From: Corallochytrium limacisporum Hawaii
Taxonomy: Eukaryota > Protista > Pluriformea
Assembly: GCA_002811645.1 (NCBI GenBank)
Contig: PDIP01000030.1
Coordinates: forward strand, 263,177-327,176
Direction: 5' to 3'
DNA: 64,000 bases
Shown: piece by piece, positions 42,218 to 52,868 of the stretch
Position numbering within the stretch: the stretch's first letter is position 1
Layout: each line of letters starts with the position of its first letter
Program-made: the position numbers and the translations under genes
Notes under the pieces: model-generated
Databases searched by the model: none
Told to the model about the DNA's origin: nothing
Seen by the model: only the letters and a program-made list of their open reading frames with translations

Positions 42218-44439
42218 GATTTGCAACTATCCGTTTTCTCTGAGGATCGTTGACTGACTACGACACAAAACTGGTGTCCATCATGCTCAGTTTCCACTGC
42301 TTTGTTTCGGTCTATACGATTCTTACCTTAAGTTGGATTCAGTATGTTTTCCTCTTCGGGCCTGGATAAATATCACCAACTGCTTTCCGAAAGGGATCTT
42401 CTCCACTGCGACGGCCGAGTTCGAGTCCAGACCAATTTCTTTAAGTATCTCTCGCTCGCCGAACGAGGTTTAATTGCTGTCTGTCGTTGTTGAAGCGGGA
42501 CAGCGTTTCAGAAGCCACTTTACATACCTCCAATGACTAACTTAATTCGTCAGGCCAAGACCATGCACACTTTGCTGTTGTGAAGACGTCAATCGCCCAT
42601 ATTCTTAGTATCGCCGTAGGAAGGTCACATCATTTATGTCTGAATGCAAGGGAAGCTGAAACATCAGTCCCACCCCATCCTGGCCAAAGAGAGACGTGGG
42701 GCTGGAACCACGGAAGGCAAAAGGAGCGGAACGATCCACACAACCGACCGACCCCCAGCGAAGGACGGAAAATTTTGGACGAGTAAGCGCAAGACGGAGG
42801 GAATAAAAGGTCCTCTCCCCTCGTTCGCACCCTTCCCCTTCATCGCTCCCGCTCGGTGTCCCACTCCTGCCTGTCCCGTCCCCAACCCCCTTTTCTTTTC
42901 TTTTTCTCGTCATCAATCCCTCCCGATTGACGCCACAGGTCACCTCACTTCTGCACAAACACCACACACACCGGAACAGAGCCACCCGGGGCACTAGGGT
43001 CTGCAGCGCCATCGTTGTTCTGTGTGTGCCGGTTCCATCAGGACCCCAGCGTAAACACGGCGAAAGTCCGCGAGAAGGTTTTTCATCCGCACGCCAAGTC
43101 GAATCTCCGAAGTGACCAAGGGGCTTTCAATGTGTCTGTTTGGTAGGGGTGTGGGTGGAATGGCTGGAGGGAGGAGCAACACCCAGCTGGAGGTGTCCTG
43201 CAAAATATGTCGAAATCTCAGCGTATAGAATCCTCTGACGCAGACCTCACCCTGGCCCCACCTGTGCTCCTTGCTCTGGTCTGTCGGTCAGAGTGTGTCT
43301 CTCACCACCTTGGCTTCTCCCTTTGTCTCTCCTCCAAGGCCCACCCTCAACCCCACACTTCCCCACTCCCTTTCCTAACCGCCAAAAATGACCACCCCAA
43401 CCGGAAATAAAGGGGAGGTGTTGGAGTGGTGGTGTAAATATTTTCTTTGTTTTTTTTTTTCCCCTTGCCTGGTCGCCGAGGTATTTCAAACCTCTCGGGC
43501 GCAGGACTGTTGTACTCTACGTTTTGAACTGGCCTCTGTCTGGCTGGCAAGAAGAGCACAAGGACGGTTGGGGGGGGGTGCAAGGGAGGCCGGGAGGGCT
43601 GGCTGGCCGGGCGCTCGGTCGCGATTGGCGCATACGGGCGGAAGTGGTCCACATCGAGAGCCCGTGCCTAGGATTTTATGGATACACGAGGGAAGGCCTA
43701 TTGTCAGCGTTAATGTACCGTGTATTCAATACCCACAGGGACTTGATCCGGGAACGCAGAACATCCCGTATGTGGCTCAACATACCTTACCCCTCTGGCG
43801 CGTTCCCACCATTCCTTGAGTATCTCGTGAAAGTAATTTTATATACGGATAGTTTAAACCCGCAAATGGGGGGGGGGGCAGATTTATTGTACCTCCATGT
43901 CGCCTTTTATTGACCTGTCCCGCTTCTCCCCCCCTCCCCAGGCAGTGGGTTGGGTTGGTGGCTTCCGAGGATTTTGCCCTTTCTCCTCTGGCCTTCCGGG
44001 CGTTCCCGGTTCACTCAGTTTACCGGCCTCGTGGCCTGAACTGGTATGTCCCACTTCCACTCTTCTTGCTCCGGTGGAGACTACCCGTGGGCGATGGAAT
44101 GGACGAGGAACAAGAGAGATCGGCCAAGGGTGAGGTGGAATACATCTCACGAAACAGCAACGACATCGTGACACCTTTTGCCAGACAGTATGTTCCATTC
44201 TATAGGAGCCGTGTCCGAAAACACTACTCACATTCATGGTATTTGATGTGAATATTTGCAACCTAATTTCATGCACTGGATTGTGATACGCATCAAGGCA
44301 ACTCGGCTACTTTAACAGTTTTCCAAGAGGCGTACGAAGTGTATTGACGGGAGACCCTGACTGTCTTGGTTCCCGTCAAGTTCTTAGACTAGGAATGTAG
44401 ATAAGTTCTAAAAGAAACAGAATTAGGGAACACGCCAGT

Positions 44440-45711
44440 ATGGCATGCGTAACGTCGTTCATGTGGGGCGCAATCTCGTCGCTACCTCGTGCAGGTCGGA
44501 CAAACCTGCGTTCTGGTCAGCAGCTCGTCGCTCACGTTCGGTTATTTTCCACAGCACACTCCGAAAACGGACCAGTAACATCTAAAGAAGGAACAACTGA
44601 AAAGAAGATTCACAGTGGCGAAATCCTCTCCGGAAAATTTAAACGCGTGCCTAAGGTCTTTCAAGCGGAAAGCCTTGCGATCTCGGAACTTCTGGAATTC
44701 AGCGAGGAACATGGGAAGGATCAGAAGAAGATCGAGAAGGCCATTGATGACCTGGTTCCAGCGTACACCATTGAGGAGCTAGTGCGCCCCAAGGCAGATG
44801 GTCGTCCCCTGCCCGATTGGCAGGTGCAGAAATTGTTCCCCTTTGACCAGCACAGCCCTTGGGACCTTCGTAAAATCCTGGAGGTTGGTGAGGACATCAA
44901 AGAGTACAAAGAATGGGCTCCTGACAGCCAGCGCGTAGGTGTCATTTGCACAAAGCTTGGCATGTTTAATGATTTCACAGATTGGGGTGAGGCAGTGCCA
45001 GTGACTGTGCTGCAGGTACGTAACCCTCAGGTTACCAAAATCATGAAGCGCCCCGACGAACGGTACCACCACGTTGAGCTCGCCGGCATTGACATTGACC
45101 GCCCGGGCAGTCTTAGTTTGGACCGTCGTCGATACTACGAGCACCGTGGTCTGTCTTGGAAGAAGAAGGCTGTGTCCTTCAAGGTTCTGGAAGACGGCCT
45201 CTTGCCCCAGGGCTTCCGCGTGACTTGTGCCCATTTCGTGCCAGGTCAGTTTGTTGATGTCATGAGCAAGTCCCGTGGAAAAGGCTTTCAAGGTGTGATG
45301 AAGCGTTGGGGCTTTAAGGGTCAGCCCCGAAGCCACGGTGCCCAGAAAGTGCATCGTAAGCCTGGTTCCATTGGTTCTATGAGCCCAAACCGTGTGCGTC
45401 CGGGAACGAAGATGGCCGGTCACATGGGCGCCAACAACCAGCGCCAGCGTGGCCTGAAGGTCCACTCCATTATCCCCAAGCATGACTTGATCCTGGTCCG
45501 TGGTTCCGTGGGTGGTCCGAACATGAGCACTGTTATTGTTCGAGACGCAGTGCCGCGACCATTCTTCTACTTGCGCTTGGACCAATGGCCGAAACTGCCA
45601 TCAATGAAGCGTGAGGACTTTGAAAAGCTGCCAGAAGAACTCAAGGCCGAGCCTCTACCGTACGATCCTGTTCACTTTATGATGCGCAAGTACAACCATG
45701 ACTTGCCATGA
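44440..45711 (+). CDS. MRPL3: Mitochondrial large-subunit ribosomal protein uL3m
   Basis: Presequence; GVICTKLGM, VPVTVL, HFVPGQFVDV, SRGKGFQGVMKRWGFKGQPRSHG, HRKPGS, KMAGHMG. Confidence 0.95.
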   Translation: MACVTSFMWGAISSLPRAGRTNLRSGQQLVAHVRLFSTAHSENGPVTSKEGTTEKKIHSGEILSGKFKRVPKVFQAESLAISELLEFSEEHGKDQKKIEKAIDDLVPAYTIEELVRPKADGRPLPDWQVQKLFPFDQHSPWDLRKILEVGEDIKEYKEWAPDSQRVGVICTKLGMFNDFTDWGEAVPVTVLQVRNPQVTKIMKRPDERYHHVELAGIDIDRPGSLSLDRRRYYEHRGLSWKKKAVSFKVLEDGLLPQGFRVTCAHFVPGQFVDVMSKSRGKGFQGVMKRWGFKGQPRSHGAQKVHRKPGSIGSMSPNRVRPGTKMAGHMGANNQRQRGLKVHSIIPKHDLILVRGSVGGPNMSTVIVRDAVPRPFFYLRLDQWPKLPSMKREDFEKLPEELKAEPLPYDPVHFMMRKYNHDLP

Positions 45712-45868
45712 GGACACTTAAAAAATGGAATCACAACTACATAGCAGACATAGAAATAGATCAGTCGAAATCATAAGGCGAAACTAAGATGGCTATGGAG
45801 GAATGTGATGATTTCTTTATAGTGAACGTTGTAGGAAGGATGCTTTGTGTAATGTGAGACACTCCAGT

Positions 45869-46591
45869 TCAAGCATTGGGAACTTCCTGCCAATGGCTGA
45901 AGGGAATCAGGCCGTTGACAAAATCCTCGATCTTCTCCTGTTCCAATCGTGCCGCCTCGTATCGGACAAAATTGACCATCCGTGCCACTTTGTCAACATC
46001 TCCTTTCATCTGGAAAATATTTCGCCAGAGCGCACTGGCGAGGATTGTGTCGCTGCTCTCAATCCCTTCGTCAAAACTTAGAAGCGACCCATAGTAGATT
46101 GGCTGCAATTGCTTCATACTGCTGCTAATTTGCATGGCACTCAAGCCTGCAATGCGCATACGCTCCTCGACGTCCTGCCAGAAGAAGTTCACAAGTTCCT
46201 GGGTGAATGGTTTATGCTCCTGGCCTTCCTGGCGAAGACGATACATGGTTAGCCACACGTGCAAGTTGGTAACCGCAAACCAAGACATGAAGGTGTCTGG
46301 AAGTTCTAGATCATCGTAGATCTGTGTGTTTTCGGAGGCGGTGTAGCATGCGTCGTACATGCGCTTAGACATGCGCACGCTCAGCGATCCCTTGGAGTAC
46401 ATGCCTGTGAGATGCCCGGCCGCAATGAGCACCTTACTTTCCAGGGTGTTGGGGAGTCTATCTTGTTCAATCTTCTTTGCCTTCCGGTACGCTTCGCTGG
46501 TGATGCTCCGACTCGCGAGAGACACAATCACAGTCTGCCTTTCTGTCCTTGACCGCAGGGCAGTCGTCCGCAGTAACGTCACTGCCCTCAT
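45869..46591 (-). CDS. UQCC1: Ubiquinol-cytochrome c reductase complex assembly factor 1 (Cbp3)
   Basis: LPDTFMSWFAVTNLHVWL..RLR, FWQDVEERM, YYGSLLSFDEG, LASALWRNIF. First ATG at 46591 gives an Arg-rich presequence. Confidence 0.93.
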   Translation of the reverse strand: MRAVTLLRTTALRSRTERQTVIVSLASRSITSEAYRKAKKIEQDRLPNTLESKVLIAAGHLTGMYSKGSLSVRMSKRMYDACYTASENTQIYDDLELPDTFMSWFAVTNLHVWLTMYRLRQEGQEHKPFTQELVNFFWQDVEERMRIAGLSAMQISSSMKQLQPIYYGSLLSFDEGIESSDTILASALWRNIFQMKGDVDKVARMVNFVRYEAARLEQEKIEDFVNGLIPFSHWQEVPNA

Positions 46592-46719
46592 GCTTCCGGT
46601 TGTGTTCAAACTTTATCCTGACAGTGGGCTACAACCGCGCTCAATCTCGATTACATTTGACTACCATTGCGAACATAGCTGCAAAACCCTTTAGTGGACG
46701 TACAACTCTAGAATGCTTC

Positions 46720-46784
46720 CTGTGTCAGTCAGTTGTAATGATTTGTATACACAAACCAAATCCTTGTATGGGTCCCGAACTTAC
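46720..46784 (-). other. Candidate 65-nt 5' UTR intron of UQCC1
   Basis: Minus strand reads GTAAGT...ACTGACTGACACAG: canonical donor and a branch motif 2 nt from the AG. Confidence 0.5.
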
Positions 46785-47339
46785 ATTCAACTTGTGCTCG
46801 AAGCAGCGCCATCTGAACCTCCTTACAACCGGCCTCTGACCGGAAGCAGTGTCTGAGCCTGTGGACCACCTGCGTACCAACCTCACAAGGACGGGGGGTT
46901 GCACGACACAGCCGGACAAACGAGGAGGGCCTCTCCCGACCGAAGGCCGCGACTTTCACTCGCACCCCACCATAGGAAAAGGTGACCAATCCCCAGTGGA
47001 CAATAGGGAACCAAACACCAGTCGGTAGTTTCTTGCTCAACCGAGTTGTCTCGCGAAGACACATCCGGGAGTGCAGTTTTGTGAGCCCCCTTAACAATAT
47101 GAACGGGAGTCTATTTTACGATTGTTTCTCTCGGTCAACCTCGGGCGCGAACCGCGGTGAGGGGAGCCGGGATATAGAGCCGCGGTCGTCCAGTAATATC
47201 GCATAAAGACCGCAGAATTGTGGGACATTCTACATGGAATCCTTCAATTGCCACGCACAACAAGGCATCAGGAACTATTTGAGTGCTATATCCTCTGAGA
47301 AATGAATTTTTGTTTCAATGGTAGTGAAAAATACTCTGG

Positions 47340-49757
47340 ATGGCACCTAAGGAGTCGCTTTTGAATGGTAGTCGCAATAGCTTGAACCATCAGTACATTC
47401 CACGAAGATGTAGCATAGCAGATAGTGCAGTACACCAACGTTTAACACAAATGACGATCTTGGAAGAAGTGCATTTGTTGTCAAGTATGGCAGCTGTAGC
47501 TGCCATGTCTGGCGAGGCAAGGCCGGCAGCTGAGCTGTATGAAGTGGCCATTGGCAGGCTGACGGGGTCAAAGGAAGGGATTTCAGCCTGGGAAATGATA
47601 GTCCTACTTCGAGGAAAACTCATGCGCATATACACTGAGCAATTATGGAAGGCATTGAAGCGAGGAGAGATGTCCGGTCGTGGACAGATCATTTTTGATG
47701 GTATCCTTGAGCTGCGAAAGTCCATTGCCGAGCTCGTAGCAAAACTCGCCACCCGTGCCTCAGTCAACCCTGTGCTGGTCGTTCGCGGGCTTGCAGATAC
47801 CATTGTCAGTCTAAGTTTGTGCCACCAAATCGCTGGTGAAGTTGCAGCACGCAACGTGGCGAACAAGACAGTCATGGATGCGCTCGGAGACATTGGCATG
47901 GACCGCTTCGTTTTCTTTGGCGCAGACACTGCAGACCACAAATTTAGTATCTTTTCACCGGCTGCAGACATGGGATCAACATACGAGGCCGCCATGGCTC
48001 TCGGAAGCTACTATCTACGCACTGGCCAGGGATGGACTGCGCTTGTGGTTTACAAAATGGCGGCCAGCCTCCTCCACAACGTCCGCCTGCGACTGAACCA
48101 GATGCTTAGCCGAACAGGTGGTTCCTCAACAGGAGAAGACCCTGTGCTGCCCACCATTCCGCGCGGACAAAGCGCAGTGGGCTACAGTGCCTCACTTTTA
48201 CTTGCGGAAACGTCGGTGGAATTGACACTCGCTTATACTGAGCTGGGCTTGGATGACCAGAAATCTGCGGGTCGGCGACTCGCGAGCATCAGGAGACACT
48301 GCGAAGAATTTCTGCGTGAGGCGGAGGCCGGCGCAGGTAGCGGGTCCGCGGAAGAGGCTCTGTTGCCATGGTCAGTGGGCATGGGCTACCAGGTTGTGGC
48401 TCTTTTGGTTGCTCTGTATGTTGGAGATGTACAGCAGTGCGTGGCATTGGTCAAGGAAGGTCAAGCGAGCGTCAGCGAAGTGATTGAGAACCGCCAGAAT
48501 ACGTCACCTGTGCCACTCTCGACCGAACAAGAGAATGCCGCCGTGAACGTTGTTTTGCCGGGACCGCCCAAGGCAGTATTGGGCTTTGCCCCTGAGAGCG
48601 GCACAGCTGGTGAACCGTTGGCCGCATTAAGCACTTCGTTGCATTGGATGGACGGTGCAGATCTTCGTAGTCTACTCAATTTTGCCACTGCCTGGTGCTT
48701 TGGTCGTGCTGGATCGATAAATAAGTTTTATCGCTTTATGGAGCGTATGCGGAGCACACTTCAGGAGAAGGCGGTCCTCGACACAGGGGCTAATGCCACT
48801 ACCGAGCGGTCGTCGTTCCTGCGACGCGCGATTTACACCGCGGGGTTGGCAGCAGAGGTACAAGAGGCCAGTATCCGGAGCAATCTGACCGATGCGAGCG
48901 TGCACCTGCGGGATCTGAAACAGCACGCTCAGACATCGAAATTGCCACCCAGCATGACCGTCGGACCGACCATGACCACCGTTGGTCAGATTGCAGATAA
49001 GCAGACCGAGTTTCTAGTGCAAATCCTGGAAGCGTCGGTTTTCCAGGCACGCAGTGGTGCTAGTGCAGCAGCAACCGCCGACGGTGTCGCCCAGAAGCAA
49101 GCCATGGCAAAATATGACAGTGCCATGCGGGTTCTCAGCGAGGTCTTGAACACGGCTAAGAATTCCGGTATCAGCACACCGACAAGCGTCTCGGTCAGCA
49201 CCCCTCTAATGATTTCGCTGCCGCTGATGAAGGCTGGATTGTCGTTGATGAAGGCGAGCTTTCTGGCTGCCAGCGGTGATTATGGCTCAAGCCGTGGTTT
49301 GCTGCGGAGTCTGCATTCAATCACAGTCAAGCACGATTCTGCGGAGACTGTGGATGTTGTCCTGCCGTACACACTGCAGGCTCCGGCTGCTCTGGTCAGT
49401 GCAATAACGTACCTACAGACGGGAGATCCGGTGGCCTGCAAGGAGGAACTGAGCACGGTCATGGGCATCTGTAACCAGCGCGATCTAATTAATGAATCCG
49501 GCATGGCTCTGCTGGTACTATCCCACTTGTCCATGCTTGATGGTGACATAGAGACAGCCAGGACTTTCTTGGAAACCGCTCACGAGATCGTGCAAAGATC
49601 CAAGAACCCCCACATCCAACTAGCCGAGGCGATCTTGCAGGAGTCGTGGTGCGTCATGGGCATGCCGCCCGGTGAGGGTGATGAACACCTAACCGCTTGG
49701 CGCACTCGGCGCCAGGAACTCGAGCAAATATTGAGGCAAAAGATGGGTGGAACCTAA
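47340..49757 (+). CDS. MAU2: MAU2/Scc4 cohesin-loader subunit-like TPR/helical protein (true start may be 47451)
   Basis: LHWMDGADLRSLLNFATAWCFGRAGSINK resembles MAU2 FHWLPKEHMCVLVYLVTV..QAG. The C-terminal ELSTVMGICNQRDLINESGMALLVLSHLSMLDGDIETA..AHEIVQRSKNPHIQL resembles the MAU2 LRETLKMSNAEDL..SLVLLGHI..AMQLASKIPDMSVQL segment. Confidence 0.65.
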   Translation: MAPKESLLNGSRNSLNHQYIPRRCSIADSAVHQRLTQMTILEEVHLLSSMAAVAAMSGEARPAAELYEVAIGRLTGSKEGISAWEMIVLLRGKLMRIYTEQLWKALKRGEMSGRGQIIFDGILELRKSIAELVAKLATRASVNPVLVVRGLADTIVSLSLCHQIAGEVAARNVANKTVMDALGDIGMDRFVFFGADTADHKFSIFSPAADMGSTYEAAMALGSYYLRTGQGWTALVVYKMAASLLHNVRLRLNQMLSRTGGSSTGEDPVLPTIPRGQSAVGYSASLLLAETSVELTLAYTELGLDDQKSAGRRLASIRRHCEEFLREAEAGAGSGSAEEALLPWSVGMGYQVVALLVALYVGDVQQCVALVKEGQASVSEVIENRQNTSPVPLSTEQENAAVNVVLPGPPKAVLGFAPESGTAGEPLAALSTSLHWMDGADLRSLLNFATAWCFGRAGSINKFYRFMERMRSTLQEKAVLDTGANATTERSSFLRRAIYTAGLAAEVQEASIRSNLTDASVHLRDLKQHAQTSKLPPSMTVGPTMTTVGQIADKQTEFLVQILEASVFQARSGASAAATADGVAQKQAMAKYDSAMRVLSEVLNTAKNSGISTPTSVSVSTPLMISLPLMKAGLSLMKASFLAASGDYGSSRGLLRSLHSITVKHDSAETVDVVLPYTLQAPAALVSAITYLQTGDPVACKEELSTVMGICNQRDLINESGMALLVLSHLSMLDGDIETARTFLETAHEIVQRSKNPHIQLAEAILQESWCVMGMPPGEGDEHLTAWRTRRQELEQILRQKMGGT

Positions 49758-49853
49758 GAACTTTGGGAACAGGAATGAACAAATAGTATAAAGAATTTCT
49801 ATTTTACAAGGCTACAATTTACAAGAGTTACACAAGAATATTCACTTCTTCGT

Positions 49854-52800
49854 TCACCGCTGTAACATGGCCTGGATCTGTACCGGATCCTCCGCGCTTT
49901 CCAGAAACAGCAGCACCGCAGTGACCGCAGCATCGCCCTCAGCCTCTGGAGAGTTCAAGGCGTGACCATTCTTCGGATAGACCCGTAACTGCACGTCCTT
50001 GTTGTGCTCCTTCAACGCGTGATAGTAGCTCAGACCTTGAGAGGGCGGCACGCGCTTATCGTTCTCTCCGATCATGATGATTGTGCGACACTCAATCTTC
50101 GATGCGTACTGCAGCGGGCTGCACTTCCAGAGGGACATCAGACGTTCTGCCGTGGTCTTGACGGAGGATGCGGAATTGGCCTCCTCGCCGAATGTGGCAG
50201 TCAGGTACTGCGAATATACCATGCCCGCCTCTCCGATACACCAGTCCGGGATGTCACTGGTCGCCTGCATGGACGCAATGTTGGTGACCGGATTTCGCAG
50301 CACAGACGCACGGAACAGCGTCGGGAAATGGGCACCAAGGTGGGCACCAATAAAGCCTCCGTGGCTGCCACTGAAATAATACACATTGGCGGAGCAGCCC
50401 TCGGCAAACTTCTCCGTTTGCATCGCGTGCTGTGTGGCAGCGAGACAGTCCTTGACATCTAACACGCCAATTTGACCGAGTAGTGAACTGATGGAGCCCT
50501 GACCGAAACCTGTAGACCCCCGATAATTGACCAATGTCACAGCAAAGCCCATATCCGCAAAGTAGGCTGGTCCGAGCATGAATTCATTGACAAAGGCACT
50601 GTGTGGTCCACCATGAGGCATAACAATTAGTCCCACCGCAGGACGGTCCCTCGGTTTGACATGGATAGCCTGAACTTCCTTACTGCCCAGACCAAAGCGT
50701 CGTTGGTATGCCAACGCGGGGTCGATAACTCGCCGCGCCTCCGTGGACGACTCGGCCACCGAGGCTGCTGGCGGGGTTGTCGCTCCGATCACATCACAGG
50801 GTACATAGACGTAATCCCGCGTCACCTCGAGTGTATGTATCTCCCAAGACAGCGACGCCAAATTCATCTTCTCTTGCGAAGGTATCCATTGGCTCAGCGA
50901 ATGGAAGAGTACTGCGGTGCGCACACCCGCACGATCGGTCGCAACTTGGGCCTGCGTCCGACCTTTCACTCCGTCGCCCCGGGTCACGGAGTATCCAAGC
51001 AAGGACCAGATATCACCAATGATGACCAATCCGGGATCAGTGGGACTGGTCGCCAGGGCAATGTACACATCTTCGAGCACGTCCATGATTCGCACAGCTC
51101 CGTGTGATTGGGATCCTTCGTCCAACCATCGGAGCCCTTCGCGTAGCTCTGCCTTCTGCTCCTCCCTTAAATCCGGGAGTAGCGCACCGCGGATCTTTTG
51201 CAGCCCTTGGATAGCATTGAGAATATCCCGGCTGGGATCCGCAATTTCGCTGGCACTGGATACAGTCCGGCCGCGGGGTTTTGACCGCACCAATTCAGGC
51301 GTGTCTGGCCAATCTGTGGATGGTTGCGATGTGTCTGGCCACACAGTCATATCTAATGCACAGAGTCGATTTAGACTACGGCAGTACGTGTTGAAGATCA
51401 GGAAGGTGCCATCCGCAGTGAAGGGATTGGGAGCGAAATTTCCCATGAAGATACCTGCAAAGCCAGGGGCGTTGGGGAAGGCGTCCGGGCTCGGCTCGTC
51501 AACTATTTCCACTGCAACGCAGCAGTCCATGTTTCCCGCGCCAACATAATGTTCTGGACAGGCCAGATCGTTCTCCTCTTGGTTCGACGGCCACTTGACC
51601 TTAATGATAGCACAGCATCCGTGATGGGCAGGGTAGATTGGCGAGTATATGTACACTAGCGTTGACCCATCAGGGGTGAACCGTGGTGAACGCACACCTC
51701 CATTCGCATAATACTTGTCCAGAGTAGTCATTTTCTCCAAAAGCATGCCGTTGAGATTGTGCAATCGTCGCAGGGGTAGTCCTCGTGCCTTGGTCGATGA
51801 GTAGACTTCCTCACTGACCTCGGTCTCGGTGTGATCACCGAAGCCAACTGTTGCAAGGAACAGCCCACTGGGTCGATTGTAGCAGAACTTCACCCCAAAC
51901 CTCCGTGGTTCTGTCATGTAGCCATTCAACAAAATGTTGCCACCTGGAGTCCACTGGGCCTGACCGGGGTCAATACTGGTTGGCAGCCCTTCCAAACGAT
52001 AAATCTCACATCCTTCACCGCCAATCAAAGAGCCCGGAGGCCGCTCCTTGGCTTCGTTGAGAAGTGCATCTTCACAGTACACTTCGTCTAAGTCTCCAAG
52101 CTGCAGAATAAACACACTTGGCCTTGCCCAATCGCTCAATGTCTCGCCCCAGTGTTCCCGAGCCGGAAATTTGTTCGACAGGCCGGTCGGTCCGCTCTCT
52201 TCTATTGCTGCATTAGTTGTGCTGTCGATCACCTTGACAGTACCCGATGACCGTGCTTCGACGTCAAAATAGCCCTTACGCTTAATGTCTAGCGTCTCGG
52301 CAATGTAAACGATGCGCTTCTCCGTCTCATCCCACTCGATGCCACCGAAATTATCGTCCGTGAAGATACGTCCATGGTAGGCACTGCAATCAATGCTGAA
52401 TATAATGGAGCCACCGTTGAAGATCTCGATACGCACAGTCTTCCTCCCTGAGGAATCTGTGGTTTCCTGCCAGCACATAATGTATCGTCCGGACGGGGAA
52501 GGCACACGGTAACCACCGCCATCAGGATTCAGACTTGGCCACGGTACGTCAGCCACCGTCACTACAGGCGCGGAGGTTGGCGCTCCGCTGTCGTCCTTAT
52601 CGCCTGGTTGAACAGTAATCGTAGAACAAATGCTATATCCCCTCTTTTTATTCCCAGCGATGTCCCTCTGTCGCAAGGAAAGATCCACAGACAGTGTGTA
52701 AGCTGCATCCGGATTGAGCGCTTCGAGAGAGTTGAATGCCTGCTCATCTTCGCCGCTGCTGCTCAGCCGTCGTGCTATATTGAAGCGACTCAACCGAGCC

Positions 52801-52868
52801 CCGCCAACTTCAGGAGCGCGTGCTAATGCACGCCACCGCCGAGTGGCGGTGCTCCTTTTCATTCCCAT
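49854..52868 (-). CDS. APEH: Acylamino-acid-releasing enzyme (peptidase S9C)
   Basis: PSPSG, YHGRIF..FGGIEWD, WGE, GVKFCYNRPS, PHGGPHS, VNYRGSTGFG. Catalytic triad SGSHGG / DKRVP / GHAL. Confidence 0.93.
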   Translation of the reverse strand: MGMKRSTATRRWRALARAPEVGGARLSRFNIARRLSSSGEDEQAFNSLEALNPDAAYTLSVDLSLRQRDIAGNKKRGYSICSTITVQPGDKDDSGAPTSAPVVTVADVPWPSLNPDGGGYRVPSPSGRYIMCWQETTDSSGRKTVRIEIFNGGSIIFSIDCSAYHGRIFTDDNFGGIEWDETEKRIVYIAETLDIKRKGYFDVEARSSGTVKVIDSTTNAAIEESGPTGLSNKFPAREHWGETLSDWARPSVFILQLGDLDEVYCEDALLNEAKERPPGSLIGGEGCEIYRLEGLPTSIDPGQAQWTPGGNILLNGYMTEPRRFGVKFCYNRPSGLFLATVGFGDHTETEVSEEVYSSTKARGLPLRRLHNLNGMLLEKMTTLDKYYANGGVRSPRFTPDGSTLVYIYSPIYPAHHGCCAIIKVKWPSNQEENDLACPEHYVGAGNMDCCVAVEIVDEPSPDAFPNAPGFAGIFMGNFAPNPFTADGTFLIFNTYCRSLNRLCALDMTVWPDTSQPSTDWPDTPELVRSKPRGRTVSSASEIADPSRDILNAIQGLQKIRGALLPDLREEQKAELREGLRWLDEGSQSHGAVRIMDVLEDVYIALATSPTDPGLVIIGDIWSLLGYSVTRGDGVKGRTQAQVATDRAGVRTAVLFHSLSQWIPSQEKMNLASLSWEIHTLEVTRDYVYVPCDVIGATTPPAASVAESSTEARRVIDPALAYQRRFGLGSKEVQAIHVKPRDRPAVGLIVMPHGGPHSAFVNEFMLGPAYFADMGFAVTLVNYRGSTGFGQGSISSLLGQIGVLDVKDCLAATQHAMQTEKFAEGCSANVYYFSGSHGGFIGAHLGAHFPTLFRASVLRNPVTNIASMQATSDIPDWCIGEAGMVYSQYLTATFGEEANSASSVKTTAERLMSLWKCSPLQYASKIECRTIIMIGENDKRVPPSQGLSYYHALKEHNKDVQLRVYPKNGHALNSPEAEGDAAVTAVLLFLESAEDPVQIQAMLQR

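Noticed and set aside
42417-42428. tRNA B-box-like GAGTTCGAGTCC (also GTTCGATTCC on the minus strand near 57690)
   Set aside because: No T-stem pairing, A-box or cloverleaf.
32489-46591. Functional cluster of mitochondrial genes (VWA8, MRPL3, UQCC1)
   Set aside because: Three of about 15 genes is compatible with chance, and they are interleaved with unrelated genes.
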